The notes beneath the pieces were generated by a model. That model did no database searches and was not told the DNA's origin. It saw only the letters and a list, made by a program, of their open reading frames with translations. From NCBI GenBank assembly GCA_001643675.2, contig LSRY02000041.1, forward strand, positions 248,001-312,000: DNA of 64,000 bases, in the 5' to 3' direction. A program made the position numbers and the translations under genes. Of the stretch, positions 1 through 13,169 are shown piece after piece; within the stretch, counting starts at the first letter, position 1; each line of letters starts with the position of its first letter. The DNA comes from Monocercomonoides exilis PA203. Taxonomy: Eukaryota > Protista > Preaxostyla.

Positions 1-127
1 AATTTTTGATTCGAATCGTTCATGGTTGATTCGATATGGCAGCCGTTTATTTGAACAAAGTTCCTCTCATTCAATTGCAAGGGGGTTTATTTGAATAAAG
101 TCAGATCATTCGAATAAAAACTTTATA

Positions 128-555
128 CAGTGAAGCTCGGTTATTATCACCTCGGTTGTAATCAAGACCGCGAATAATCACATTTTTTTGTGCATTGATA
201 AATTTTGCATTTTTTATGTATAATTACATCGGAAATAATCACACTATAATCGAGAATAATCACAATATTTGATAATAAATGGGTATTTTTTGTCTATTTT
301 GAAATATTTGTAAAAAAAATGAAAGTTGTTTTTTTCCACTTTATGATGAACAATATTTTTCATTAAAACATTATAAATTGAAAAATCGATTCAAATGTGA
401 GGATTTAAATTAATATTGAAAATTTTCTTTTTTTTCTTCAAAAAAGTACTTCAAAAAAACCTTTCAATGAAAAAGATGGTTCGGTTATAATCAAGTTCGG
501 TTATAATCACAAAAAATCGTGCAAAATGGATTGTGATTATAACCGAGCTTGACTG
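128..555. mobile_element. pogo/Tc1-mariner-like MITE
   Basis: TIRs CAGTGAAGCTCGGTTATTATCAC (128-150) and reverse complement of 533-555 CAGTCAAGCTCGGTTATAATCAC (21/23). TA immediately 5', AA on the 3' side. Repeated subterminal TCGGTTRTWATCA motifs. A second degenerate copy of the right end lies at ~1059-1117. Confidence 0.75.
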
Positions 556-714
556 AATTTTCATTTCATCCAAAGAAAAATCGATTTTTTGATTTATAGT
601 TTTTGTTTAACGATTTTTCATAAATACGTTCAAATAAATCCAAAAAATGTGTATTTATGATAGAAATTGATAAAACTAACAAAATATGTGTATTTGAAAA
701 GAATTTTCTTAAAA

Positions 715-982
715 GGGGCAAAATATTGTGCTTCAGGCTTTTTCATTGAAAAATTTTGTACATTTCAATGACTTTTTGAGATCAAAAAGCACAGTAAAAA
801 TGAGTCCATTTTTTGACATTCGTGAAAAACAAGAAAACTTTTCGTTTTGATTTCAGTGATGCCTGGGTGCAGATATGAAAATCAGATATATTTCATAATC
901 TGAGAATGATTAATAAAGTTATGAGCGAAGCAATTTTTCAGTGCCTCGTGAAAAAAAAGCTTGAAAGTCCGTATTTTCCCCC
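715..982. mobile_element. ~270-bp GGGG...CCCC MITE, copy 1
   Basis: Termini GGGGCAAAATA / TATTTTCCCCC. Aligns along its length with 46957-47226 (shared TTTTTTGACATTCGTGAAA and AATAAAGTTATGAGYGAAGCAATTTTTCARTGCC). Flanks AAAA/AAAT. Confidence 0.75.
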
Positions 983-2988
983 AAATGGATAATTGATCAG
1001 AAATAATTTTATTATTTTTCATTTTTACTATGTGAAGTTGCATCGTATTTTTCCACAATCGGTTTAAGTCACAAAAAGTTGTGCAAAAACCGATGTGATA
1101 ATAACCGATTTTGTCTGCACTTTGTTATTAATATATCAACAAAAATACATAATATTGAATTAAAAAATTTTTATGGCAAGTGAAAATGCAAAAAGCGTTC
1201 ACATATTCGAATGTGGATGAGTATTTCGAAAGAATTTGTCAAGTGTGCATGTTTTTGCACAAGTGATAATTTGTGCCCATAACAATAAGCACATTTTATT
1301 TCTATGAAGGCTGAGATACCAATTCCAATAAAAAACCAAAAAAAAAAAAAAAAATAAAATTACTAAAAAATATATAAAGATTATTTCAGAATAATAAAAA
1401 AAAGATTGAAGAAAAAGAAAGGAAAAAGAAAAAGAAAAGAAAAAAAAATTATGATTTTGAATGAACAAACGTTGTGGCTTTGCATTACAAGACATAAGTT
1501 ATCTAGCTCAAATGCTTGATGGTAGGATTTTGATCCTCTTATCTCCTCTATGTGAGGAATGCACTTATTGCAAATCACATTTAAAATTTTTGCACTAAAT
1601 ATAGAAATGTAAATTATTAAGGTTTTTTTTTTCCAAAAAGTGGGTTATAAAATTTTTGTCGGGAAAAAATAACTTTGTGTGATATCGGAACATTTCGATC
1701 TGAAACAGTTTGAAACAAATTTTTGTTTTTTTCATCAAACATAAAAAATTCATTCCATTTGAAATTTGCACTTAAATCTGCATTGTGTTTGATGCTGTTT
1801 TCATTTGTTAATATATACACCAAAAATTATTCAAGATCGAAAAACTTTAATTCGAAATCGTAAAAGTTTAAAACAACATCGAAAAGGAAGTTGATAAGTG
1901 AAAAATTTCAATTCAAGTCAAAGCCAAGGAAATTTTATAGAAACAAATGTTGATAATCGCAAATGTTAATATATTGGATATGTTTTTCTTTCGTTTTAAA
2001 CGACTGTTTTCAATGATAAATTCTAATATCCTTTGAACCTTTTCTCATTTTGTAGATTGAATATGTTTTATTTTATCAGTCACACATTTAACAAATGAAT
2101 TTCAAAACATTTTGTTTTCAATAAATGAAATAACTTTCTGTCTTTTTGTTCACGAAACAAGATTCAGAACTATCCTATCACTTTTATTTTTTGCAAAAAT
2201 TGCTTTTTATATTCTGAGTGCATGTGAAGAATAAAAAAAATGAATATTTTTTATATTCACGCTATTGAATACAATCAAACACTAAAATAAAGAACAAAAA
2301 ATATTTTTCTAATTGAAATTGACAAATTTCTTTGATTATTTTCTGAAAGAAAAGAACCTGACATGAGTATGAATTTTAAAATTTTTTTCAAATTTTTTGA
2401 TGATAAAGAATTTTCGTTGAAGAATTAAATATTTTCGATCTTGAATTAAACTTTTTCGATGTTGAATAATGTTTGGTGTATTTTTATCAAATACAGAGTT
2501 AATAAATTTGCTTTTTAATTTATTATCCCAATACACACGTACACAAAAATGAGTTCTAATAAAAATCTGACTCTAATTGCATAATATTTCTAATTTGAAC
2601 CAAAAAATGCAAAGAAGTCGAATTTTTAATTCATAATGAAAAAAGATCATTACCAAAACGAAAAAAAAAAAGAAAAAAAAAAGTTTGCTGTTAAAAAACA
2701 CACAAAAAAAGAAAACGGATAATATTCAGTTCTCCTTAACTAAATAAGATTGATAGATTACAAAAAGAAAGTTTCTTTATGAAAAGTTGGAATTTTCTAT
2801 TCTTTTCGAATATGTTTCATTGTTTGATAAAATGAAAAGCTTTATTGGCGTTACGGTCAATGATAATGATAATAGATGAACGAAAAAAATCAAAAATGAA
2901 AACGAATTTATATAGTGTAAAGATGAATACACAAGGAAGGACAAGAACAAATATTATTCAAAAAGAAAAAAGAGAAATCTATTTTATT

Positions 2989-5900
2989 CTAATCCTTCAT
3001 TTCTTGTTCCTTTTCGTCGTTCTCTTCATTTTTTGATCTCTTTTTTCTCACAACAACAATCACAATCACAATCACCACAACTGCCACAACAACCACTATT
3101 GGCACAACAATGGCAATAGCAATCACTCCTGTGCTTGTTTTCTTTTTGTCTTTTGTTTGATCTTTTTCTGGATTATCAATTGGTTTCTTTTTCTTTCCCT
3201 TGATATTCTTCTCATACACATCTTCAGGCTCTGATTCTTCATCAATTGCTCCCTCGATCCACCCAACAGTGGAATCATCATAATCATTCGCAAACAGAAA
3301 GGCATCTTCTTGTTTGCAGAACTTTTCGAAGTCTGGGGCAATGATGAACAGAGAAGTTGTTTTGGAGCCAGCGGTGTTTGAGCTGTCGATCTCCAGGTTG
3401 TGTTCTGATGGGAGTTGCAGATTCGATGCTGCCTTGGGCATGTCAATGAATATTGCTCCTGATTTCCCTTCTGGTGCTGAACATGACTTGAATGAACATT
3501 TGCTCGACCTTCCAATGGCCACTCTTGATTCTTCTGAACTGAGGGTGATGTCCAACCCTGCTGCTGCTCCTTTCTCCGATTTCACTTCTCGAACATTCAA
3601 TCCTTCGATTGAAACCTTCGAAGATGAATCGCTCTCATCTCTGATGCTGATTGCTGCTCCATTTTGAACATTCACTTTGCTGATCTCCACATTACCTAAT
3701 GATACTTCACGGGCTCCAGAAAATGAAAATGGTGATGATGAAAATGTCACAAATGAGGTTTCATCTGTGCATTTCACTGTGTCCATTTCCACACTTCCAA
3801 ATGTTACACTCACAAGACTGCTAGCCAAGGGGTTGTCTCCATCCGCATTTGAATTCATTCCTTCTTGTGATTGTGATCCAATTCTGACAAATCGACATGT
3901 TGATATTTTCAGTGATATTGAACCTGATCCTGCGCTGATCAATGATTCCCAATTCTTTTCTGTTGAAGAGAATTGGAATGCCAAATACTGGAATTCCACA
4001 GTTTCCTGGCAAGAAAAGAGAATTGATGAAACAGAAACATCACAATTAATTGCCACTTCTGTATTTCCCTTTCCATTGTCATTCACTCCTTCAATTGAAA
4101 CTCCATAATAGGTTGAAAATTTGATTTCTTCAGCTTTTATTGCATCAAGTGTTTTGACAATGTCGATGAAACATTTTCCACTTTTTTCTAAATAATAATA
4201 GGCATCGTATATGCTATTTATTGCAAATTCAACATTGATCCCATTTCCTTCACCTCCATTTTTCACAAATGCTCTTTCCATATTTTCTGGTATTTGAGGA
4301 GGTGCATCGAAAAATAAAGTTGTGAAATCAAAAAATTGATCAATTTCTCTGTCATATCCAAGAACATTCCACCTATTATCCAATCGCGTGTAATTGGCCG
4401 CAAAGCTTGTCTTCATTGATTCTGCAATATCTTTGTAAAGAGTATAATCATTCACGCATATGCATAATCCAGTGTTTTTTTTTGAATCAGAGAACGTAAC
4501 TGAGCAATTCTGAAATACAAGGTTCTTTCCATCTTTTGGCCATTTTAATTGAGGTGCCGATTGAATGTTTGGCATTGCCAAATAGATTCCCCCTGAATTT
4601 CCATTTGTACAACTGCATGAAGTGAAAGATGAAACTCCTCCATCTCCCACTGTGAAAGTGCTTTCACTATTGCAGCTTTTAACATTTAACGTTCCAGCAT
4701 ATCCTGTTTGACATTCCGCGAAGACACTTGCATTCAGAGTTATATCCATTCTATCATAATCCAAACTGCATGAAGAATCATCTTCGATACACAATATATT
4801 TTCATTTTTTGATGAAATCTTATTTAATGTAACATTCGTCAATAAAACCGTTTTGGGATAAAGAATTTCAAAAACGTTATGTTCAAAAGTTACAGTGTTA
4901 TTGTTATCAACACATTCAACATTATTCATTATGAAATTTTCACTGAAAGACAATACAAGTCTAATGTCCACAATTGTTCCATATACTGCGGGCCGAATAA
5001 ATTTACAGTTTATTATTGAAAGCTTCTTTTCTGATCCATAGATTAATATATATTCTCTTTGCCAAATGAAGCCTAATGTTGTTGGAAAATGGAGTACCAA
5101 ATACTTGAATTCTGTATCTCCATCGCAAGTGAAAAGATTTCCTTCAATTTTCACATCGCAATCAACTGCAACTTCAGTATTTTCCTCTCCATTTTCATTC
5201 ATTCCTTCAATTGTAATTCCGTTGCGAACGTCAAATGTGATTTCTTCAGCTTTTATTGGTTCAACTGCATTGATAATGTCAATGAAGCATGGTCCACTCT
5301 TTTCCAAATATTCATATGCATCGTATATGCTGTCGATTGGTGAATTGACATCGATTCCATTTCCTTTTCCTTCATTCTTCACAAATGCTCTTGTCATATT
5401 ATCTGGCTTTGAGGGAGGAGGATCAAAAAATAAACCTGTGAAATAGAATTTGTCCTTTTTTTCGTTGCTATATCCAACAATATCCCACCTATTGTCAATT
5501 CGTGTGTAATTGGCTGCAAAACTTACCTTCATTTCATCTGCAACTTCCTTATACAAAAGATCGTTACTCAAATATAAATATAATCCACACTTTCTTTTTG
5601 AAACATCACCCGCTTGAAAACAGTTTTTCAAAATCAGATTCCTTCCATCATGTGGCCAATAAAGTTGAGATGCTGATTTAATATTTGGCATTGATAAATA
5701 GATTCCACCAGATTTGGCATTATAACTATTGCTGCTGCATGAGGTGAAAGATGTAACACCTCCATCTCCAATTGAAAAAGTACTTTCTCTATGAGCGCTA
5801 TGAAAATTAAAAATGCCATTTTCATAAGATTCGCATTCAGTAAAGTTGGTTCCTTCCAATAAAACATTTGTTTTTATTTGATCAGAACCATCAATGAAAA

Positions 5901-6591
5901 CAACACCAAATCTTTTTGATGTTATCTTCTTTAATGTCACATTTGTAAAATAAGCATATCCGTCTGCATGAATCTCAAAAGGAGAATCTGAAAATATCAC
6001 TGTGGAATCATTATCGGCGCACTCGACATTGATCATTTCCAAACATCCACCTCCCATCTGTACAAGATTATAATATAAATATTCTTCATTGGTTAACGGA
6101 CGAATTAATTGACAGAACAAAAATCGAAGATATGTACCGGTGCCTCCACGAAAAATTGAATAACAACTTATACTTGAACCATTCTTTTCAGGAAATGAAA
6201 CCGGAAAATGGAATGCCAAATATTTGAAGTCAATAATTCCAGAGCATTCGAATAAGTTATATTCCGCATGCACGTTACAATCAATATGAACAATTGAATT
6301 TCCATTTCCGTCACTGTTGATTCCTTCGAAGGTTATTCTTTTCCGTTTATAAATTGATATTCGCTCTGCTGCCAAAGGTAATATATCATTAACAATGTTT
6401 ACTGTGCATTTTTCATCATTTCCCAGAAGATCATATGTTCTTTTCAATGATTTCTTTTCCTGACCGATCGCTGTACCAGTTTTGTTATCATCTCCACTTT
6501 GCTTCACATAAACTTCATATGGCTTTTCTTCATCCAGTTCTTTTGAAGTTATCAATATAAAAATTAGAAAAGCCAGAAAAATACAATTCAT
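2989..6591 (-). CDS. Single-pass type I surface/membrane protein, 1200 aa, three ~370-aa modules
   Basis: Uninterrupted ORF. N-terminal signal peptide (MNCIFLAFLIFILITS). Modules start YVKQSGDD / RAFVKNEG / RAFVKNGG and each has a GDGGVxSFTSC...SGGIYL-type motif. Val/Ile-rich C-terminal TM helix followed by RKKRSK. Paralogous to 58564-61020. Confidence 0.9.
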   Translation of the reverse strand: MNCIFLAFLIFILITSKELDEEKPYEVYVKQSGDDNKTGTAIGQEKKSLKRTYDLLGNDEKCTVNIVNDILPLAAERISIYKRKRITFEGINSDGNGNSIVHIDCNVHAEYNLFECSGIIDFKYLAFHFPVSFPEKNGSSISCYSIFRGGTGTYLRFLFCQLIRPLTNEEYLYYNLVQMGGGCLEMINVECADNDSTVIFSDSPFEIHADGYAYFTNVTLKKITSKRFGVVFIDGSDQIKTNVLLEGTNFTECESYENGIFNFHSAHRESTFSIGDGGVTSFTSCSSNSYNAKSGGIYLSMPNIKSASQLYWPHDGRNLILKNCFQAGDVSKRKCGLYLYLSNDLLYKEVADEMKVSFAANYTRIDNRWDIVGYSNEKKDKFYFTGLFFDPPPSKPDNMTRAFVKNEGKGNGIDVNSPIDSIYDAYEYLEKSGPCFIDIINAVEPIKAEEITFDVRNGITIEGMNENGEENTEVAVDCDVKIEGNLFTCDGDTEFKYLVLHFPTTLGFIWQREYILIYGSEKKLSIINCKFIRPAVYGTIVDIRLVLSFSENFIMNNVECVDNNNTVTFEHNVFEILYPKTVLLTNVTLNKISSKNENILCIEDDSSCSLDYDRMDITLNASVFAECQTGYAGTLNVKSCNSESTFTVGDGGVSSFTSCSCTNGNSGGIYLAMPNIQSAPQLKWPKDGKNLVFQNCSVTFSDSKKNTGLCICVNDYTLYKDIAESMKTSFAANYTRLDNRWNVLGYDREIDQFFDFTTLFFDAPPQIPENMERAFVKNGGEGNGINVEFAINSIYDAYYYLEKSGKCFIDIVKTLDAIKAEEIKFSTYYGVSIEGVNDNGKGNTEVAINCDVSVSSILFSCQETVEFQYLAFQFSSTEKNWESLISAGSGSISLKISTCRFVRIGSQSQEGMNSNADGDNPLASSLVSVTFGSVEMDTVKCTDETSFVTFSSSPFSFSGAREVSLGNVEISKVNVQNGAAISIRDESDSSSKVSIEGLNVREVKSEKGAAAGLDITLSSEESRVAIGRSSKCSFKSCSAPEGKSGAIFIDMPKAASNLQLPSEHNLEIDSSNTAGSKTTSLFIIAPDFEKFCKQEDAFLFANDYDDSTVGWIEGAIDEESEPEDVYEKNIKGKKKKPIDNPEKDQTKDKKKTSTGVIAIAIVVPIVVVVAVVVIVIVIVVVRKKRSKNEENDEKEQEMKD

Positions 6592-6607
6592 TTTTCTCGA
6601 AAAAATT

Positions 6608-6628
6608 TGATCAAGATCACTTCAGATC
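6608..6628 (-). promoter_or_regulatory. Conserved 21-bp motif 17 nt upstream of the surface-protein ATG
   Basis: TGATCAAGATCACTTCAGATC here versus TGATCAATATCACAACAGATC at 61037-61057 (18/21). Same offset from the ATG in both paralogues. Confidence 0.5.
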
Positions 6629-6803
6629 GAATTTACCAAATAGAAATATCAAAAATTATGTAAATATAATGATGGCAATTTGCAGGTTTTAATTTGAAAA
6701 GTTAATAATCAAAATTAAAGAAAATGGGCATTATTATCTCGTTGGTGAAAAAAATAACTAAGTTCCTTTGTGATGCTGATTGGAAAAAATGAACTTATGC
6801 TCA

Positions 6804-6840
<37 letters not shown>

Positions 6841-9614
6841 TTTGCTTGCTTTTTTTGCAATAATCAGAAAACCGCTGGAGGAATTGAACCTTCACATTCT
6901 CTATGAAGAATAACACCATTACACGTTGAATCGCTCTTCCATTATATTAAATGCTTATTTGAATTTTCGTCATTTGATAAAATTTTGCAAAATTTCTTGA
7001 TAAAGTTTATTTTTTTAGGTTGAATCAATTTTTTTCAGACCTTTGTTTAACTTTTTTTGGTCTTGTTGGAGATTTTTGATATATTTCATGAGTGATATTT
7101 CTTATTTTATTTTCAACTTCTTCAACTGACATATTGAACGTTCGAAGAAAATACGTACTCAAAAATAATATTCCTTGTCTCGTATATCGATGAATGAAAA
7201 CACATTTCAGTGAATGAATTTTCGTGAACCATAATATTATTACAGAAACTTCATTTGGCGAAAAATTTTTGCAATTATGAAAAAATCTGGTGCTTGTTAC
7301 GGACTTTTTCTACAATCATTTCAATATAAATCAACCGTAACAATGCAAATAATTCCAGAAAAATTAAAAAACTGAGAAAAATATTTGTTTGAGAAGATTA
7401 GAACAAAATTCATAAAGAAAATTATTTTGTCCCATTTTATTAATACATGTGAAATCGTTTCTTTCGAATTCATCTGCGGATTTATATGACAAAAGAAGAT
7501 GCCCGTGGTATTATTTTCATGAATTGTTATCTCAAACAAGTGAACTCTTTAAAATAACGCTTCAGAGCTCCTATTTGTGCAGCATGGATCTTTTGGAGAT
7601 GTTCTCTTTTTTGCTTTTCACTCTGCTTCAATTTCCTCCACATAAGATGACACAAGAGCGGAAGCAGGCTCAAACATGATACAAATTCAATTCTATGGAT
7701 CTTGATCTTCTTTTTCTATTTGATTATATGCTGCCATTGAGAATTGAACGGGCTGCTGTTGGATTGCTTTATTGAATGAGTGTACGAATGAGGAAATCAT
7801 AAGTGACTTATTCTCCTGGAATGCGATTGATAGCTGAAACAGCAAGAGCAAAGATGTTCGGTGCAAAAGATATAAAAGAGGAAATGGAACTTGAAAAAAA
7901 TCGATCAACTATTCAGCTAACTCCTGGACAAGCACTCAAGGGAATTGGCAGGAAATAAGACCCAGCAGATTCCATTGCAGCACTTTCAAAGGCAGAAGCC
8001 AACTCGTTTATTTGAGCAGCCATCAATTTGCTGTTTATTTTCTTTTTGATCGTGCGTCTTTTTTGTTTGAGATTCTCCATGAACTTCTTATTTTCCTCTT
8101 CTTTGGCGCCTGGATCCGTTCACAACAAATCAAGCAGAAGCATTGAACCGAGCACTTATTGCGATACAGAGTCAGAGAGTATAGGTTGAGCTGATATTGA
8201 TTTATACAGCAACAGCAGAGGTGAAGATGGAGTTTCCAGAGGAAGCAATGAAAATGCACATTTTCTTTGCTTTTCTTTGTAATTGTGCATTTTTAAAGCT
8301 GAAAGGATTACTTGTATGTGAAGTATGCTTCCTCGAAATTACTTTTTTTTTTTTGAGACAAACAATTACAACAACGAATATTATTTTATTTTACTTTATT
8401 TTATTTAATTTTATTTTCCACTTATTTGTGATATCTCTCTCTTTATAAAAAAAAAAATATTGTTTTTGAAGAAAAGATGTTTTCTATCGTATTGTTTGGT
8501 TTATGCTAGATTCCCCACCAGAGAACTATTCCAGAAGCTTTTCAAGGATTGCCAGCATGTTTTTGAAAAGGCGAAAGAAGCAGAAACTGAGTTGAGTGGG
8601 AATCATCTGCTGGCCTTCTCTTTGCTCCATGCTTCGACGGGCAGTCTTCTTCAACGATGGCAGGACCGATTGGAGAATGTGGGCAGAGGGGAGGTGCGAG
8701 CTGCATCTGATTGAATGGATCTGTACTTCAAGCAGGATCAGTGTGGAATAGGAATGAAACCTTGGCAAATAAAAGAGAATATGGAGAATTTGATTGAAGG
8801 AATGAAGGACTGAAGTAACTAATAGCGATAAGCGATAAGCGAAAGGAAAAAAGGACAGAGCCAGCGAAGATAATTCAACTGAAGAAGAGCGAAGCAAAGG
8901 AATAAAAGCAGACGGCAGGTGTGGTTGTAGTTGTATGCTCTGCGCATTGGTAGCTGGCGTGTGCTGTTTGTGTGCTTTCGAAATAGATGGTGGAGTGAAA
9001 TGGCTGTGCACTGCGGGAAGTGGGTGATTGCATCTTCTTGCCTCGGAAGCATTTTTTTTCTGTGGAATTTTCTGATGTGTGTACCTGTTCTGGTTGTTTT
9101 GTGTGTGGCCTGTAGGAATTCGCAGTTTCAGCAGTGTGCATTGCATGGGGTGTGGATGCTTCTGGAGTCGGGAGGGGAGCCGAATCAGATAGCGGTGGAC
9201 TGTACGTAGGAGTTTCTAGCCACTAAAAGCAGCCAGGACAAAGCGTGGAAATATATTTTTTCAGAAGAGGTGCATATGGAATCGAGAGCGAATTACATGT
9301 TGATGGTGGAGAGAGAAAAAAGGAAAGAAACAGAAAAAGCGAGAATATAAGAAAACAGAAAGGAGATAAAGACAATGAGATTATCACAGAAAGTAGAATT
9401 TGACAAACAAACGAGAAAGGCATTTTAATCTAGAAAAAGACAACAATAAAGTTATATCTTTGATGATTCTTTTTTTAAAAAACATTTCACTTCATTTCAA
9501 GAAAATAAAAAGAAATGCTTTTGAAAAACTTCAAATGACTGTTTGTTTCGATCTTATGAAACGATTAAAAAAGAAAAAAGGAAATGTAAAAAAAGCTACA
9601 AAATTCATTTTATT

Positions 9615-11041
9615 TCATTTCTTCACATTCGCAAAGTAATCAGAAATATTCAACGATAGTGCATGATAATATTTTCTACAAAGAAAATCAAAAGTTTCAT
9701 GAAAACTGATGATGGTATCTTCGTATCCTTCTTCCTCCATCTTTTCAGACGTCTCCATTTTGATTGACAGTCTTTTCGCTTTTTCCTTCACTTCTTTCTT
9801 CTTTCCTTGAAATTTCCTTAAAATTTTCAAAAAAAAAATACAATCCATTATACACCATCTTGTCATCCAACGTTTGTCTCTGTATCTCCTCCAAAACAGC
9901 ATCAATTGCCCTGCCTTTCATCAAGTCTTCAATTTTCACAACTCTATTTTCTGCTGCATTACTCAAGGGATAAATGCATTGATTGTGAATAAAGCTGTAA
10001 TTTTCCTTCGCTGCTCGAAATACATTGGAAATACTGCTTAAAATCTTAGCAAATTCTTCATTCTGCAATTTACACCCACCAAAATAAATGATCAATGTTT
10101 GCATCCATCCAAATAATATAAACTCTTCTTTCACTTCTGTCACTCCTTTTTCTTCTTTTCCTCTTTTCCAATCAATACATTTCATCAACTCTTCCAATTC
10201 CCTTCTTGTCTCTCTCGAAAAATGCAGCTCATTTAGAATCTCTCTCTCCAAGCCTTTGTCACTTCCCAATCTGTTCATCAAATAGTTCCAAGCACACTGA
10301 TAGGCGAGTCGTGTAAGGTTATGACGTTCCTGATGATATTTAATGATCTCTTTGATTATATTCAAATACAATTCATCTGGCATATCCTAATTTAAAATAA
10401 GGAAAGAAAATTCTGTTTTGTCAAAAAGGAAATAGATATGTTCATACATAACTCCCAATATCGCTCAACGCCAACAAAGCCATTTCCACTTTCTTTTGAA
10501 CTTCCTCGCTTTCCTCTTTGATCGATGCAACTTTCAGAAGACGAGGCACGATGATTGAAAGAAATTCTGTTGAAGCGAATTCATCATTCAGTGAAACATA
10601 ACATTCGTAAAGATCAATCAGCAGATTTTCGTTGTTTATTTCTTTTTTCTTGTCTTCATTTTCAATCATCTTCTCAAATCTAAAGTTTAATGAAGATTCT
10701 TCAAATCCATAGACATCTGCATGCTTAAAAGCTTTGCAATATCCAATGCGCTTCAGCAAATAAAAAGCATTTTCCATTGTAATTTTCTTTTTCTCAATCA
10801 TTGTTTGAATTTCATCAAACAACTCTGTTGTGAAAATGGAGTTGAATTCTTCTTCATTCATTCCATCAATTACTCCATTCATCTCTCCAATATTCTGTTT
10901 CTGCTCTTCCTCATTGCAATCTTCCAGCTCCGAAAACAATTCTGAAATATAAAAATTAAATAGGAAATCTGATTATCAAGAATTCAAATGCAATAATGGA
11001 AGCAAACCAGCGAACTTTTTTGTATTGCCCGTCTCCTGCAT
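9615..11041 (-). pseudogene. 3-exon E/K-rich expanded-family gene, copy 1, frameshifted near the 3' end
   Basis: Exon 1 MQETGNTKKFA from ATG 11041. GT-AG introns 10942-11007 and 10387-10447 join the ORFs in frame. Family motifs EMALLALS, HNLTRLAYQxAW and EEEGYEDTIISFHE. Frameshift at the A-run near 9830 is either real or a homopolymer error. Confidence 0.75.
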
Positions 11042-13169
11042 TTTTGAAAATGCATTGCATCCAGAAAACAACGATAATTCGTCATTTGATTTGAATTCAG
11101 ATATCATTGGAAAGAAGAAATTGGTGCAAAATATGAGCTCAAAGCAACCATGAAAATATAAGTTGTTATACCATTCTATGTTGTTAGTTTTATTTGACAA
11201 GTCGTTACAAAGAAAGAAAGAAAAAACGATTAATCTTTTTTCTTGTTTGCAGTAATGGACATTCAGATCATCAGATTTGAAGGAACAAAAATATTCCTTG
11301 CTAAAATGAGAGATCGGTGAGCGAACATTTTTCTAAGAATAGGCAATATTATTTTGAGAGGTTGCACGAGACAGCGACGGAGGGGAATTGATGATGGAAT
11401 TGGGGGAGACAATTTTTATGAAAAGCATCATTGAAGGGAATTGAACTATTTTTTAAAAATCAAAATATTTGTATGTTTGCATTTTTTATCGTTCTTGTTC
11501 ATTTTAAAGATGTTTCTATCTGTGGCCTCCGCAGAGTCCAGGAATATGACAAAATATAAAAATGACCATTTTTATGCTTTTCTGAGCAGAACATCGGAAG
11601 AGAGCTGGATTCCGAGAACAAACAGAAGATAAGAATTACACATATTAATATTCAGAAAAGAGAGGGGAAGAAAACAAATTTGGTTTCAAGTCTTTTGGAT
11701 GAGAGGAAATTGAAGAATTCCAACAATTGGACGGATCTTGGAAAGAAAAAATGAAGAGATGTTTTATTTTGAAAAATAAAGTGGATGAAAACATCGAAAG
11801 CAGGATATTTTTGAGGGGAATAAAAGAAGATGGAGAAAGGAGCGCTGGGAAACAATGGAAAAGGAGAATGGCAGCATCAGTGATTGGACAATCTTCTGCA
11901 TTTGCAATAGGGAGGGTGTATGTGTTCTTTTGAGGAATTTTTATAATCAACGCAAAACCGATTATATATATATGTATATATATTGAACATTTCACCGTTC
12001 CAATCGACAGTTTTTATTTCGACGAGCGTCATTCCCAGGGTTAATCCATTTCAAGCAGCATTTTTGTGGGCAATGAGTTTTCTTCCTCACTTTTGCCATC
12101 CGTCTTCCTCCGAAGAGTTCATCTGGCTCATTTCATTTCATTTTCAACAAACATCTTCTTCTTCCATATTTCTGTTCAACTTTAGCAATTTATGAACTTC
12201 ACCAAACAAAACAGTTTGCATATACAGGCAACACACAAACATCTTCAATGATGTTTCTTGTTTCTTCGAAGAAGCAGCTTCATTCATTACATCTGAGCAT
12301 CCTCAAAGAAAGAAAGTTCTAAATCAACAGAACAAAGCCATGGGTGAGACATGATCAGTCAACAGACAATAACCAAATTTCAAACGGAATGAAACAGAAT
12401 TTTGTTTCAAGAGCACACAAAATGGATGCATTGTTACATGCAAAATTAACAATTGCTCATTTGGAAGAAGCAAACGTGTTTGGTGATGAAATGGGGAACG
12501 CGTTATATTTGATGGGGAAAACAGAAGAATATCACATGGATTGAAGAGATGTTTGGAATGACACGAAAAGAGAGAGGTCGAGACTGAATCTGAGATGGAG
12601 GGAAAAGCAAATAAGGAAGGAGACAGAATAAAGAAGAAAAGAAAGGCGAGGAAATCCAATCAATAGAGTGATTGTGTTTTGTGAAAACAATTTTTGCATT
12701 AAATTCAGATCGATCAACATCAACTTCATTATCCTCTTCGTCTTCTTCTTGATGTAGTCTTCGTTTTCATCCATTTTTTTTTCCTTTTTTATCTAAAGAT
12801 GGCTTGCAACAAACCATTCAATGAAGATTCTTGATGGAAGAAATTAGAAAAGAATTTTCATTTTTTTATTAGAATGGAAATAAAAACAATATTTAATATA
12901 ATTCGTTTATTTTTATCCTTCTCATTTGGTGAAATAAACAAAAAGAAAAATATTATATTTAAGAAACGAAATTCAATAAATCTCATTTCCTCTAACATTT
13001 ACACTAATTTGGCAAACATCAAATAATTCATTAAAACAATTTTCTGTTTGTAAAAGAAAACATTTTCAAAGTTCTGTCGAATGATAAATCGACGGAAAAA
13101 ATAGAAAGAAAGAAAAGAAAAAGAAAAGAAAGGGTTTTTGAGATACAAACAGAAATGCATAACATTTTT

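Noticed and set aside
1199-2900. Short Phe/Lys/Ile-rich ORFs in AT-rich intergenic DNA (also 47900-49700 and 61100-62400)
   Set aside because: Composition reflects A/T homopolymers. No splice-consistent gene model or motif.
3123-5446. Antisense and alternate-frame ORFs over the surface protein, and likewise over 35210-42856, 58564-61020 and the DIRS RT
   Set aside because: Shadows of the real minus-strand coding frames. Their conservation between paralogues follows from DNA identity.
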